From: an uncultured Anaerolineales bacterium
GTDB lineage: Bacteria; Chloroflexota; Anaerolineae; Anaerolineales; UBA11858
DNA length: 64,000 nt
Reading direction: 5' to 3'
Assembly (NCBI GenBank): GCA_964618295.1
Contig: CAZTWV010000014.1
Span: 1,288 to 65,287, forward strand
Position numbers and translations under genes: made by a program. The notes under the pieces are model-generated. The model was given only the letters and a program-made list of their open reading frames with translations. It ran no database searches and was not told the DNA's origin. Positions 39,453 through 48,997 of this stretch are shown one piece after another; position 1 is the stretch's first letter, and every line of letters begins with the position of its first letter.

Positions 39453-39486
39453 CTCCCGGAGATTTAAAAGCTCCGGGAGTGTTCCG
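39453..39486. repeat. ctcccggag..ctccgggagtg hairpin repeat (variant copy)
   Basis: ctcccggagatttaaaagctccgggagtgttcc is related to the 32-nt repeat at 53003 and 60737. Confidence 0.55.
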
Positions 39487-39503
39487 GCTTTAATGACTGG
39501 GGA

Positions 39504-40676
39504 TCAGTCCTCATCCTCCAGCGGGAAGGTGACTTCGACGGTCATCCCCCAGCGCAGGTCGCTGCTGCTGTCCTCGAGTGAGATTTCCACCGGATACAGA
39601 ATATCCCCGGCCTGGGTCTGGAAGGAATCCCCGATGCGTTCCACGGTCCCGCTCAGCACCAGATCCGGAAGCGAATCCGGGACCATTTCCACCGTCTGCC
39701 CAATCCGGACCTGGACTACTTCCAGCTCGGTCAGGTCGCTGGTTTCAACATGGAGCTCGCTCAGATCCGCCAGCAGGATGGCCCGGCTGTAAGGTCCGAC
39801 AAATTCACCGGTTTCCAGGAAAATGTCTGTCACGGTTCCGTCAAAGGGAGCCCGCAGCGAGTAGTTCTCCAGGGCATTTTCCGCCGATTGGAGCTGGGCC
39901 TCAGCGGCCGTGACCCGGGCTTCCAGCACTGCCATCTGATCCGGATCATTCCCTTCTTCCAGCTGCAGTTCATATTCCCGCCGGGCTTCCTGTTCAGCAG
40001 CCAGGGCAGCATCCAGCTCGGCCCGGACGCTGTCGATTTCCCGTTCAGCTTCCTCCAGCAAACGGTGCGCTTCGTTGACGTCCTCCAGAGCTGTTTCAAG
40101 GTCATCTTCAGCCCGTTCCCGGTCCAGGTTATCTTCGGCGACATCCTGGTATTTATCGAGTTCTTCCTCAGCGTCCTCCAGGTCTTCCTGGCGGTCTTCA
40201 ACCTCGATCTGGGCCTCATCAATCTCATCTTCAAGGCGGTCCAGATCCAGGTCTTCCCATTCCCTTTCGGCTTCAGCCCGCCGGATCTCGGCTGCCTGCA
40301 AATCCAACCAGGCCTGGGCCAGCTGCAGATCGGCAGTCCGCAGGAAATCATCCAGATCCTGCCGGGCCGAGATCAGGGCCAGGCGGGCTTCCTCCCGGGC
40401 GGCCTGGGCCGGTTCGCTGTCCTCCAGTTGAATCAGGACCTTACCGGCGGTGACCTGCTCACCTTCTTGAACGAGAATTTCAGCCACCCGGCCTTCGGCT
40501 GCGAAGTTCAACTGCAGTTCGCGGGCGGGGAGGATTTTCCCCTCCGCAACCACACTATCGAGGTTGGGGGCGGCAATCGGGGTCGGGGCCGGGGTTTCCT
40601 GCCCTCCGCAGGCAGCTAAAAGCAGGACCGCGGTCAGGCTGATCACGAGTATGGAAAATGTGAAATTTTTATTCAT
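39504..40676 (-). CDS. HlyD/MacA-family periplasmic adaptor (membrane fusion protein) lipoprotein
   Basis: Lipobox LLLAACGG. Barrel-sandwich segments flank a long acidic coiled-coil hairpin. The C-terminal beta domain ends ...GMTVEVTF. It is in an operon with the ABC genes. Confidence 0.8.
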   Translation of the reverse strand: MNKNFTFSILVISLTAVLLLAACGGQETPAPTPIAAPNLDSVVAEGKILPARELQLNFAAEGRVAEILVQEGEQVTAGKVLIQLEDSEPAQAAREEARLALISARQDLDDFLRTADLQLAQAWLDLQAAEIRRAEAEREWEDLDLDRLEDEIDEAQIEVEDRQEDLEDAEEELDKYQDVAEDNLDRERAEDDLETALEDVNEAHRLLEEAEREIDSVRAELDAALAAEQEARREYELQLEEGNDPDQMAVLEARVTAAEAQLQSAENALENYSLRAPFDGTVTDIFLETGEFVGPYSRAILLADLSELHVETSDLTELEVVQVRIGQTVEMVPDSLPDLVLSGTVERIGDSFQTQAGDILYPVEISLEDSSSDLRWGMTVEVTFPLEDED

Positions 40677-40726
40677 AGTTGCTTCCTTTTTTTTGCGGGC
40701 AGCCGCCTGGGCAAACTGCCTGGTTA

Positions 40727-43153
40727 TTATTCGTACCCTAAAACTTCACGGATGGTGAGCCGGGCTGCGTTTCGGGCCGGCAGCAGGCTGGCCAGGGAGG
40801 ATAACACCAGCACCAGCCCCAGCCAGATTCCGTAGCCCAGCGGGGTAAATGAGACGGCAATTGGTGTTTCAAAAATTGCATTGCTGACAATGGTTGACAG
40901 TAAAAAAGTAAAAGGGACGGCCAGGATGACCGCCAATCCGAAGGAGATCAGACCAATTAATGTCCCTTCCAGGACCACCATCTTAACGATCTCCTGGTTG
41001 GTCGCCCCCAGGGCCCGCATGATTCCAATTTCCCGGGTCCGTTCCATAACGTTCATGCTCATTGTTCCTGCCAGCCCCATCGATCCTACCGAGGCGGTCA
41101 GCAATGCCATAATTAGCAGGAACGTGATCAGGATATCCAGGCTTTCTGAAGCGCTGTCCAGGGTGGATAATCCTGGGGTGGCATCCAGGACATGGAAACC
41201 CTGGTCCCGGAAATATGCATCCAGGGATTCAGCCATGACCTTCTGAAAATCCCGATCGTGTTCCGTGGTCACCACCCGGAAGCTGAAAGATCGGTTAGCT
41301 AGATTCAGCTCACGGGAGATGTATTCATACGGGGCATACCCCAGCATTCCTTCCAGGCCGATAAACTTGAAAATCCCAACTACCTCCCACTCCTCTTCAT
41401 CCCCCATGAATTTGAGCGGAATGAAATCGCCAACCTCCAGATCGGGGTAGAAATCGTAAACACCTTCACTGATGACCAGCTTCTGCTGGTCGCCGGGTTG
41501 AATCCAGCGGCCCTCAACCACCAGGGGGGAAACCAGATCGCTTTCCGCCGGGGGTGCCAGCAAGGTCAGGTTGTCCGCTGTAGAATTGTCCGGGTAAAGG
41601 ATTTCCGCGCTGGCGTAAGCCCAGCCCTCGACATGGGTCACCCGGGGATCCTGGAGGGCATAGTTTTCAATTTCATTCAAGCGGTAGGGCTGTTCAAAGT
41701 CCAGGGTGACATCGGCCAGGAAATAATTACCGATATCCTGGACATAATCATTGAGGGTGACCCGGACGTTGAAAACAGAGATAAAAATTGCGCCGCCCAT
41801 GGTCAGCGTGAAGAGGGTCAAAAGCAGCCGTCCCCGCTGCCGGAATGTGTTGCGGAGGGAAACCAGCTGCTGGCGGGGGATCCGGATCCCGCGGTCCGCC
41901 AGGCGACGAGCAGCCCGAACCTGGAGCTGCTCAAATTTTGAATCATCCTCCTCGTCTTCAGCAGAACCCTGTTCGCCGTCCCCGCTCAGCGCCTGCTGGA
42001 CAGTGACATTTGAACCTTTGATGACCGGAACAAATCCGGCAACCAGCGGGACCAGGATCCCGACTGCGATCTGGATAATAAAGGAAAGCGGTACAATCCG
42101 GTAGCTCAAAACAGAAAACCCGATTTTGTCGGCAATGTAGCGGGCCAGGGCGTAAGCCCCCTGCCCCCCCGCCGGGACTGCGATTAACAGGGATAATAGT
42201 CCGAAGGCCAGCAGCATCACGAGGTACATCCGGAAGATAATTTGTTTTCGACCCCCGATCAGCTTCATGACTCCGATGTGGCGCAGGTGCTGCTGCAGCA
42301 GGGCACTGAGAGTATTGGCAATTAATGAACTGGAAAGGAAAACAATCAGCACGCCGAGCGCCAGCAGGATCCCCAGCACGGCGTTAATGGTCGGTTCCAG
42401 GGGATGTTCATAGGTCTTGGACCGGAAGGTCCGGGTGACCAGGTAATTATTTCTTTCGATCTTTGAGGTCAGATCTGCCAGCACGCTCCGGATGTGTTTG
42501 TCATCATTCTGTCCGGTCTCGACGGTGGCAAAAAGCCGGTTGTAATCCTCCGGTTCATCAAAGTAGGACAATGTATCCCACTGGATATAGGCCAGCGGGG
42601 GGGAGAGAAAATCAATCGCCCCGGTGGAGGTGTCCCGGACTACACCTGCAACCCGGATTGTTTTTTCAGAATCATCCCGGAGCTGGACCTCAATCATATC
42701 CCCGGGCCTGACCTGGAAATCATCCAGGACATCCCTTTCTAACAGGATTTCATTTTCACCCGGGATTTCCGCTCCGCTGACCGGCTGCAGAAGATTGATC
42801 TCATTCTCCTCAAAGCTTTCGAAGGCCACGACATCGACAGCGGTCCATTGTTTGTCGCCCGGTTTGCGGAGCCGAACGGAAAATACCCGCCTGGGTTCAG
42901 CCTGCCTAACCTGATCCTGGTTGCGGATGGTCTGGAGCAGGTCCTGATTGAAATTGTCGAGGCGGATTTCAATATTGGAGGGGTTGTTGGCAGCATAACT
43001 GGGACCGATATCCTCGGAGATGATCCGGTAGGCGCCGGCAATGACACCGATGGCAAAGACGCCAATGGCGATGGACAGCACAACCAGCAGGGTGCGGATT
43101 TTGTTGTCCAGTAGATCAGAGAGAACTTTTCGCCAGCGGGGGCGCATATACAC
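40727..43153 (-). CDS. ABC transporter permease with two FtsX/MacB-type domains
   Basis: 808 aa. Each half has TM1, a large periplasmic domain and 3 TM helices. FtsX-like segments are present (REIGIMRALGATNQEIVKMVVLEG and IGVMKLIGGRKQIIF). Confidence 0.8.
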   Translation of the reverse strand: MYMRPRWRKVLSDLLDNKIRTLLVVLSIAIGVFAIGVIAGAYRIISEDIGPSYAANNPSNIEIRLDNFNQDLLQTIRNQDQVRQAEPRRVFSVRLRKPGDKQWTAVDVVAFESFEENEINLLQPVSGAEIPGENEILLERDVLDDFQVRPGDMIEVQLRDDSEKTIRVAGVVRDTSTGAIDFLSPPLAYIQWDTLSYFDEPEDYNRLFATVETGQNDDKHIRSVLADLTSKIERNNYLVTRTFRSKTYEHPLEPTINAVLGILLALGVLIVFLSSSLIANTLSALLQQHLRHIGVMKLIGGRKQIIFRMYLVMLLAFGLLSLLIAVPAGGQGAYALARYIADKIGFSVLSYRIVPLSFIIQIAVGILVPLVAGFVPVIKGSNVTVQQALSGDGEQGSAEDEEDDSKFEQLQVRAARRLADRGIRIPRQQLVSLRNTFRQRGRLLLTLFTLTMGGAIFISVFNVRVTLNDYVQDIGNYFLADVTLDFEQPYRLNEIENYALQDPRVTHVEGWAYASAEILYPDNSTADNLTLLAPPAESDLVSPLVVEGRWIQPGDQQKLVISEGVYDFYPDLEVGDFIPLKFMGDEEEWEVVGIFKFIGLEGMLGYAPYEYISRELNLANRSFSFRVVTTEHDRDFQKVMAESLDAYFRDQGFHVLDATPGLSTLDSASESLDILITFLLIMALLTASVGSMGLAGTMSMNVMERTREIGIMRALGATNQEIVKMVVLEGTLIGLISFGLAVILAVPFTFLLSTIVSNAIFETPIAVSFTPLGYGIWLGLVLVLSSLASLLPARNAARLTIREVLGYE

Positions 43154-43165
43154 TCCTGTCGGGGC

Positions 43166-44311
43166 TCAGCTGCGGCCCCGGCCAAATAAACCTTTCTTTT
43201 TCTTCCGGCTGATCTGTCGGTTTTCTTCCAACCGGCGCTGCACGGTGCGGCAAATTGCCTCTTCCGTCAGCGGGGATTCTGCCATCAGCCAGGAAAAATC
43301 TTCCGGGGAGAGCGCCAGCAGTTCGACCGGTCCCTGGTCCGAGGCCCGGACGCTGGCAATTGCTTTTCCGCCCCGGAGGAGGGAAATCTCACCGAAGAAA
43401 TCATTCTGGGTCAGAGATGTGATCACCTGGTCGTCGCTGAAGCGGCCCTGGAGCACGATCTCGACCTCCCCGCTCTGGATCATGTAAAAATTATCCACGC
43501 TCTTTTTCTGCTCGAGGATCATTTCCCCTGGCTGATAAGTAACCAATTCCACCCGGTGGTCGAGCTCCTTCATCAGTGGATGACTAACCAGGGGCAGAGC
43601 CTGGGCAATCGTTTCGTTCACCAGTTCCCCGTCGGAGATAAACACAGTCCGGGAGGATCTTTCGGTCATGGTCGGATCGTGGGTCACCATCAGGATGGTT
43701 TTTCCACCCCGGGAAAGCTCTTCAAAAAGATCAATAATTTCTTCGGCAGCCCTGGTATCCAGGTTCCCGGTGGGTTCGTCGGCGACCAGGATCGGGGGAT
43801 CGTTAGCCAGGGCCCGGGCAATCGCTGCCGCCTGCTGCTGGCCGCGGGATATCGAGCGGGGCAGCATCTGGGCCTGGTCCAGAAGGCCGACCCGGTCCAG
43901 GAGCTCCATCGCTTTCTTGGGCCGCTGATCTATTTCGTACATCCCGACATAATCCATGGGAAGCATCACGTTTTCCAGGATATTGAGCATCGGCAGGAGC
44001 TGGAAGAATTGGAAGATGATCCCCAGGTTGCGGCCGCGCCACAGCGACCGTTTGCTCTCGGTCATTTTGTGAATGTCCACTCCATCTACCATTACCCGGC
44101 CGCTGCTGGGATGGTCGATGCCGGTGATCATGTTCAGTAAAGTAGATTTCCCGCTGCCGGATTTGCCGATCACAGCCGCAAATTCTCCCTCGGTCAGCTT
44201 CAGGTCAATGCCTTTCAGCGCTGTGAATTCTCCCGCGGTGCTGATGAAAGTTTTCACCACGCTTTCCAGGCGGACAATCTCGGGAGGGCGGGGGTTGGTG
44301 ATCGCTGTCAT
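43166..44311 (-). CDS. ABC transporter ATP-binding protein fused to a C-terminal cyclic-nucleotide-binding (CAP-effector-like) domain
   Basis: Walker A GKSGSGKST, signature ISRGQQQAAAIARAL, Walker B ILVADEPTGNLD. The C-terminal ~130 aa carry a cNMP pattern (FYMIQSGEVEIVL...DFFGEISLLRGGKAIASVRA). Confidence 0.8.
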   Translation of the reverse strand: MTAITNPRPPEIVRLESVVKTFISTAGEFTALKGIDLKLTEGEFAAVIGKSGSGKSTLLNMITGIDHPSSGRVMVDGVDIHKMTESKRSLWRGRNLGIIFQFFQLLPMLNILENVMLPMDYVGMYEIDQRPKKAMELLDRVGLLDQAQMLPRSISRGQQQAAAIARALANDPPILVADEPTGNLDTRAAEEIIDLFEELSRGGKTILMVTHDPTMTERSSRTVFISDGELVNETIAQALPLVSHPLMKELDHRVELVTYQPGEMILEQKKSVDNFYMIQSGEVEIVLQGRFSDDQVITSLTQNDFFGEISLLRGGKAIASVRASDQGPVELLALSPEDFSWLMAESPLTEEAICRTVQRRLEENRQISRKKKKGLFGRGRS

Positions 44312-45021
44312 CAGGATTCCTCTCCTTTCTCCAGTTCGCCGTCCGAAATCCTGACATGCCGTGTAAAACGGGGCAGTAGACCGCGGTCGTGGGTCACCAT
44401 TAAAATAGTGTGGCCGGCTTTGATCAGGTCCTCGAAAATCTTAAAGATGCTGTCGGCTGTGACTGAATCCAGGCTGCCGGTGGGTTCATCAGCGACCAGG
44501 ATCGGAGGGTCATTCGCCAGGGCCCGGGCAATGGCCACCCGCTGCTGCTGCCCGCCGGAAATCTGGGTCGGATATTTTTCCACATGCTCAATCAGGCCCA
44601 CGCTTTCCAGGAGGGTCAGGGCCCGTTCTTTGCTCTTCCGGGGGTGGTACAGGCCGCACATATCCATCGGCAGAATTACATTCTGGGTCAGGGTCAGCAT
44701 CGGCAGGAGCTGGAAGGACTGGTAAATCACACCCATCGTTCGACCCCGCCAGAGTGTGAGTTCATTTTCCGTCAGTTCTTCAAGGTTGAAAGATTCTCCA
44801 TTGGCCTGGACGTGGACCCGTCCGTCCGTCAGCTGGTCGACTCCGGTCACCATGTTCAGCAGGGTGGATTTGCCGGCCCCGGATTTTCCGATAATTCCCA
44901 GGAATTCTCCGGGATAAACTTCCAGATCCACACCTTTAAGAGCAGGGAAGGCTCCGGCGCTGGTGTGATAGTGCTTAACCACGCCGCACATTTCAATCAA
45001 GGGAGAGTTAGTTTGATTCAT
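44311..45021 (-). CDS. ABC transporter ATP-binding protein (MacB/LolD type)
   Basis: Walker A GKSGAGKST, signature ISGGQQQRVAIARAL, Walker B ILVADEPTGSLD. The start is set at the ATG at 45021 (MNQTNSPLIEM), which avoids overlap with the TetR gene. The stop overlaps the next start (TGATG). Confidence 0.85.
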   Translation of the reverse strand: MNQTNSPLIEMCGVVKHYHTSAGAFPALKGVDLEVYPGEFLGIIGKSGAGKSTLLNMVTGVDQLTDGRVHVQANGESFNLEELTENELTLWRGRTMGVIYQSFQLLPMLTLTQNVILPMDMCGLYHPRKSKERALTLLESVGLIEHVEKYPTQISGGQQQRVAIARALANDPPILVADEPTGSLDSVTADSIFKIFEDLIKAGHTILMVTHDRGLLPRFTRHVRISDGELEKGEES

Positions 45022-45041
45022 TTGCAGTGTGTGCTCCGCTG

Positions 45042-45635
45042 TCAATTTGAATCCAGCCTCTGGGTCATCACCAGCCAGGTGGGTTTGATCACCAGGTCGG
45101 TGAAAATCTGGCCCATTTTTTGAGGGCTGTGTTTGAGATCGTTTTCCAGCCACCAGCGCATTAACGCAAAAGCGGCGGTAATGATGTGGTTGGCAGCCAC
45201 ATCGGCCGGGATGTTCTCCTGGGGCAGGCTTTTCAAAAATGTCTCCGCTTTCTCACAGGCCCGCTTCATGACTGGATCCAGAGCAAAACCGGAACTGTCG
45301 TCCAGCAGCAGGAAGCGCAGTCCATCCTCGTTGTCCCGGATGTGCTCAAAAATAGTCTGGCTGATCTGGTTAAAAAACTCGACCGGATCCTCCATCAGCT
45401 CCCCGGGGAGGGGCAGATCCAGGACGCTGTAAAAATCATCCAGCCGGTCCTGGGAGACCGCGATCAGCAGTTCATCCAGCCCGTTGTAATGCCGGAAGTA
45501 GGTCCGGTAGCCGACATCCGCGGCTTCGGTCACGTCCTGGATGGTGATGTTTTTGTAGCCTTTCTCGAGAGCGACCTCAATCAGGGCATCTCCAAGCAGT
45601 TTCTGGGTCCTGCGAATCCGGCGGTCTTCCGTCAT
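45042..45635 (-). CDS. TetR/AcrR-family transcriptional regulator
   Basis: N-terminal HTH RRTQKLLGDALIEVALEKGYKNITIQDVTEAADVGYRTYFRHY. It is the first gene of the efflux operon. Confidence 0.85.
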   Translation of the reverse strand: MTEDRRIRRTQKLLGDALIEVALEKGYKNITIQDVTEAADVGYRTYFRHYNGLDELLIAVSQDRLDDFYSVLDLPLPGELMEDPVEFFNQISQTIFEHIRDNEDGLRFLLLDDSSGFALDPVMKRACEKAETFLKSLPQENIPADVAANHIITAAFALMRWWLENDLKHSPQKMGQIFTDLVIKPTWLVMTQRLDSN

Positions 45636-45849
45636 ATAATTATGACACCTTGTCTGTAATATGGCAGTTAATGCGCCATAACTCTAACACGCCTGAAAAG
45701 CTTCGTCAAGAGGGCGAGGGCGGCGGGGAGCCTACAGAATTGATAGGGGGGAAGGACGGTGGACAGTAAACAGTGAGCAGTAGGTAGTGCAGCAGCCTGC
45801 CGCTTGCCGCCAGCTTGGATTAACTGATTGCCGTGGATTCCCGCTCGTT

Positions 45850-45968
45850 TGTCATCGCGAGCGGCCGCAGGGAGCGCGGCGATCTGTTTTATGATACGGA
45901 AAATTGTATGTAAAGCAGATTTCCGTCCCTTTAAATCATAGATTGCTTCGCTGCGCTCGCAATGACAA
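45850..45968. repeat. MITE-like element, variant copy (terminal inverted repeats tgtcatcgcgag / ctcgcaatgaca)
   Basis: 12-nt TIRs and a subterminal agattgcttcgctgcgctcgcaatgaca arm are shared with copies at 46181 and 53043. The interior differs. Confidence 0.6.
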
Positions 45969-46065
45969 AATCCTGGGATCCAGCCAGCGTCCTCGCTGGC
46001 GTGAATGGACGATGAAGACCTCGGAGGTTGGTGTTGGCTTCTGCTGGATCGTTCCCGGTAAATAC

Positions 46066-46127
46066 CAGTAAATAGTAAACAGTAAATAGTTCAGCCAGCC
46101 TGTGGCTGGCTGCCAGTTTTAATGACT
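46066..46127. repeat. dispersed gtaaatag-hairpin-agttttaatgac element
   Basis: cagtaaatagtaaacagtaaatagtt-cagccagcc-tgt-ggctggctg-ccagttttaatgac. Confidence 0.65.
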
Positions 46128-46180
46128 TGATTGATAAAGTTAACTGATAAAAACAAAAAGCTGGCGCTCAAAGACTACAA

Positions 46181-46304
46181 TCTCATTGCGAGGAGGCCGC
46201 TAGGCCGACGCGGCAATCTCCTCGAACTGGAACGATCCCATTAGTTATTCAGATGATTATTTCTTCCTGAGACACAGATTGCTTCGCTGCGCTCGCAGTG
46301 ACAA
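46181..46304. repeat. MITE-like ~124-bp element (copy 1)
   Basis: Aligns along its whole length, in the same orientation, with 53043..53166 with scattered substitutions. TIR tctcattgcgag / ctcgcagtgaca. Confidence 0.75.
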
Positions 46305-46348
46305 ATGAAATACACAGCTCTGGGAGTGCTCCTGCCCCAATCTCCCAC

Positions 46349-47449
46349 TCACTCCTTGAGCTTGATTTTCGGCTGCGGCGGCTCCGGCTTCTCAGGGCGG
46401 CGGAAACGAACGATCACGTTTGGTAGAAATAACAGCCCGACGAAAACCAGCAGCAGACCGCCGAAGACCGGTGCAGGCACCGCGCCTGTCACCTCTGGAA
46501 CCAGGCCTCCCGGGTTGTAGGTGACTGCTTCCATCTCTTCGTCTTCAGTGCCAGCCGGAGCATCTGCCAGGCGGGCACTCAGGGAGCGGTTAACGCCGTC
46601 CCTGAGGCTGGAGGGTGAAGTGTAGGTCAGCTGGTATTCGCTTTTGAAAGAAGCTGCGTAGGCCTGGTAGATTTCATCCAAACTTCCGGTATCTTCTGCG
46701 AAGCTGTACACCCCGCCGCTGTTTTCCGCAAGATAGGTCAGGGCTTCAACATCCAGGGCGGTTTTCTCTGCCAGATCCTGGTCTGGATCGCCCAATCCGA
46801 TGGTGGAAATTGAAAGTCCGGCCGGGCCGATCTGCTGCAGGACCGTCTCCGGAGAGGATTCACTGAGGGTGTCCAGCCCGTCCGTGATGGCGACAATTGC
46901 CGCCCGTCCGCTGACACCCTCCATGATCCCGGCTGCCTCGACCAGGGCATCATACATGGCGGTGTCATCCTTCGCTTCCAGACTCTGAATTGCGGACAGG
47001 ATCAGATCCCGGTCTGTGGTCAAAGGCTGGACATAGTCCGTCTCGGTGTGGAAAGTCAGCAAACCGACCCGGTCTGCGGGTCGGAGCTGCTCCACGAACA
47101 GTACTGCGGCCTGCTTGGCGGCCTTTAGTTTATCGAGATAGAGCATGCTTCCGGAGATATCCACGGCCAGCAGCACATTCAGCGGTGGGATTTCACCGGC
47201 GCCGGTGATGCTCTCCGGCGGGATGACTTGACCGTTCTCCAGGAGCTGGATTCGGTCGGGGTCCACTCCCAGGGGCTGTCCCTGGCTGTCGCTGACCGCT
47301 ACATAGACAGTGACCTCGGGGAACTGTGAGGTATCGACCTGGGTGATCCGCACCCCGGGACCATCACCCTGAGGCAGAGGCTGGAAAGCGCTCATGCTGA
47401 GCAGGATGCTCAAAACCAGAATCAAGCGGGGGAAGGGGGATTGCTGCAT
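46349..47449 (-). CDS. secreted, C-terminally membrane-anchored von Willebrand factor A (vWA) domain protein
   Basis: Signal peptide LILVLSILLSMSAF, MIDAS VLLAVDISGSM (DxSxS) and later DGLDT. The C-terminal TM helix PAPVFGGLLLVFVGLLFLPNVIV is followed by a basic tail. Confidence 0.8.
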   Translation of the reverse strand: MQQSPFPRLILVLSILLSMSAFQPLPQGDGPGVRITQVDTSQFPEVTVYVAVSDSQGQPLGVDPDRIQLLENGQVIPPESITGAGEIPPLNVLLAVDISGSMLYLDKLKAAKQAAVLFVEQLRPADRVGLLTFHTETDYVQPLTTDRDLILSAIQSLEAKDDTAMYDALVEAAGIMEGVSGRAAIVAITDGLDTLSESSPETVLQQIGPAGLSISTIGLGDPDQDLAEKTALDVEALTYLAENSGGVYSFAEDTGSLDEIYQAYAASFKSEYQLTYTSPSSLRDGVNRSLSARLADAPAGTEDEEMEAVTYNPGGLVPEVTGAVPAPVFGGLLLVFVGLLFLPNVIVRFRRPEKPEPPQPKIKLKE

Positions 47450-47451
47450 GG

Positions 47452-48315
47452 TTATTTCCTTTCGTGGTAGACCAGCTCGGTGTGGCCCATTTTTATGGTC
47501 TGGCCTGAGCGCAGGCGGGTCTGTTCAATTTTCTTGCCGCCGATAAAAGTTCCACTCAGGCTGATGTCCTTGAGATTGAAATGAGAGTCCGCCCCGGTCA
47601 GCAGGGCGTGCTGGGGATCGATATCCGGATCGGGAAGCACAATATCCGCTTTTAAAGCGCTGCTCCCCAGATAGGCAGCGGGACCGCCGGATCGGATAAA
47701 TTTATCAAGGATGAATTCTGAACCCTGCATTTTACCGCTGGTCACCTCCAGCCAGGCTTTTGACAGCAGCAGGGCAATCAGGGCAATGAAAACCCCGATG
47801 GCTGCTCCCAGCAAGCTCAATCCCAGGGCTTTCCCGTAGAGCGGATTGTTGATCACGGAACCGATGCCTTCCAGGAGAGCACCTCCCAGCACCCCGCCCA
47901 GGGTTCCGCCCAGAGCAGGTTTCCAGATCTCGCTGGCGCTGGTGACCCCGAAGGCCAGTCCTAAAAGCAGGCCGAATACTCCCCAGCCCAGGGATCGGCC
48001 TGGAAAACCGCCGCCCAGGATCTGGAATAAAGCTTCGGCAACCGGTAGACCGACCGCGCCTCCCACCAGACCTAATCCTCCGTTGATCAGGCTGGATTTC
48101 AGAATCCGCAGCAAACGGCGGGAGATCAGCCCTTCAGAAAACCCGATCAGGACCCCGATGCTGAGTCCGATCAGACCTCCTACCGGGATTTCGCTCAGGT
48201 AGAGATTGGACCAGAAGGATAGTCCCAGGGCGTTGCTGGCCTGCCAGCCAATCAAACCGCCCATCGCTCCCAGTACGGCGTAATAATACAGCCTCATCGT
48301 TCTACTCATTTTCAT
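47452..48315 (-). CDS. polytopic Gly-rich membrane protein with C-terminal FHA domain
   Basis: About 7 glycine-rich hydrophobic helices are followed by an FHA pattern (LGSSALKADIVLPDPDIDPQHALL...DISLSGTFIGGKKI...LRSGQTIKMGHTELVY). Confidence 0.75.
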   Translation of the reverse strand: MKMSRTMRLYYYAVLGAMGGLIGWQASNALGLSFWSNLYLSEIPVGGLIGLSIGVLIGFSEGLISRRLLRILKSSLINGGLGLVGGAVGLPVAEALFQILGGGFPGRSLGWGVFGLLLGLAFGVTSASEIWKPALGGTLGGVLGGALLEGIGSVINNPLYGKALGLSLLGAAIGVFIALIALLLSKAWLEVTSGKMQGSEFILDKFIRSGGPAAYLGSSALKADIVLPDPDIDPQHALLTGADSHFNLKDISLSGTFIGGKKIEQTRLRSGQTIKMGHTELVYHERK

Positions 48316-48961
48316 CGGTTTGTTCTCCCTTCGATAAAGGTGAATCAGCGGTCAGGTTTCGCCAGCGGACTACACTGCGGGAATTTTGACCGGCTAATTC
48401 ATGGAAACCGTAATAATAACGTCCCTCCAGTTTGCCGTCCCGGTCCCGGATGAAAAACCCGGCCTTTCGGCTGTGGGGTTCGATCACCAGGGCAACCTGG
48501 TAGGGATGAGGGAAGAAATGGTTGTGAAGGAAAAGGTCGTAGTCGGATAAAAAGACGCTCATCCGGGGATGGGTGTGGTACCAGCCCACCAGCTCCTTCT
48601 CGGGATATTTTTCTTCCATGGTATCGTACAGCGTCAGCTGGCTGTCCTGTGTGAATGTCAGGTGAGCGCTGCCGTGCCGGATATAGCGGGCCGGCAGGCA
48701 GCGTTCGATGACAATGTATTCCTGTCCGGAAGCCTGGTCCGACCTCCAGTTGCCGATCAGCCAGCCCCCGACTTCATTCTCCAGGTCGCTGTGAGCGTGG
48801 GCGTTGGCCCTGGCGTAGGCTTTCTGGGTCATGTAAATCTCGGTCCCCGGGGCCCGAGGCTCGATTTGCTCGGGTTCTGAGCGCCAGCGCAAAGCGTGGG
48901 GGCGGGGGATAAAACCCGACCGGGGGATGGGGGCTTCGATGGGCAGCAAGCGGATGGTCAC
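48302..48961 (-). CDS. JAMM/MPN+ (JAB) metalloisopeptidase
   Basis: Catalytic Glu in ENEVGGWLIG and a complete JAMM motif GWYHTHPRMSVFLSDYD (HxHx7Sx2D). GTG start after gaggaagg. Confidence 0.85.
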   Translation of the reverse strand: MTIRLLPIEAPIPRSGFIPRPHALRWRSEPEQIEPRAPGTEIYMTQKAYARANAHAHSDLENEVGGWLIGNWRSDQASGQEYIVIERCLPARYIRHGSAHLTFTQDSQLTLYDTMEEKYPEKELVGWYHTHPRMSVFLSDYDLFLHNHFFPHPYQVALVIEPHSRKAGFFIRDRDGKLEGRYYYGFHELAGQNSRSVVRWRNLTADSPLSKGEQTDENE

Positions 48962-48997
48962 AGGATCCTTCCTCTGGAAATTGTGGGGGGCTGGTGG

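Noticed and set aside
39830-40431. Highly repetitive acidic/Ser-Arg-rich ORFs (39830..40351 minus, 40075..40431 plus) suggesting a low-complexity or repeat protein.
   Set aside because: They are alternative frames of the HlyD adaptor coiled-coil region (E/D/L/A-rich). The adaptor frame is the only one with a lipoprotein signal and conserved flanking beta domains.
45636-46348. Possible CRISPR array, because of many short GC-rich palindromes here and at 52653..53619.
   Set aside because: The repeats are heterogeneous in sequence and length and are not regularly spaced with unique spacers. No cas genes are present in the window. A mosaic of MITE/REP-like elements describes them better.
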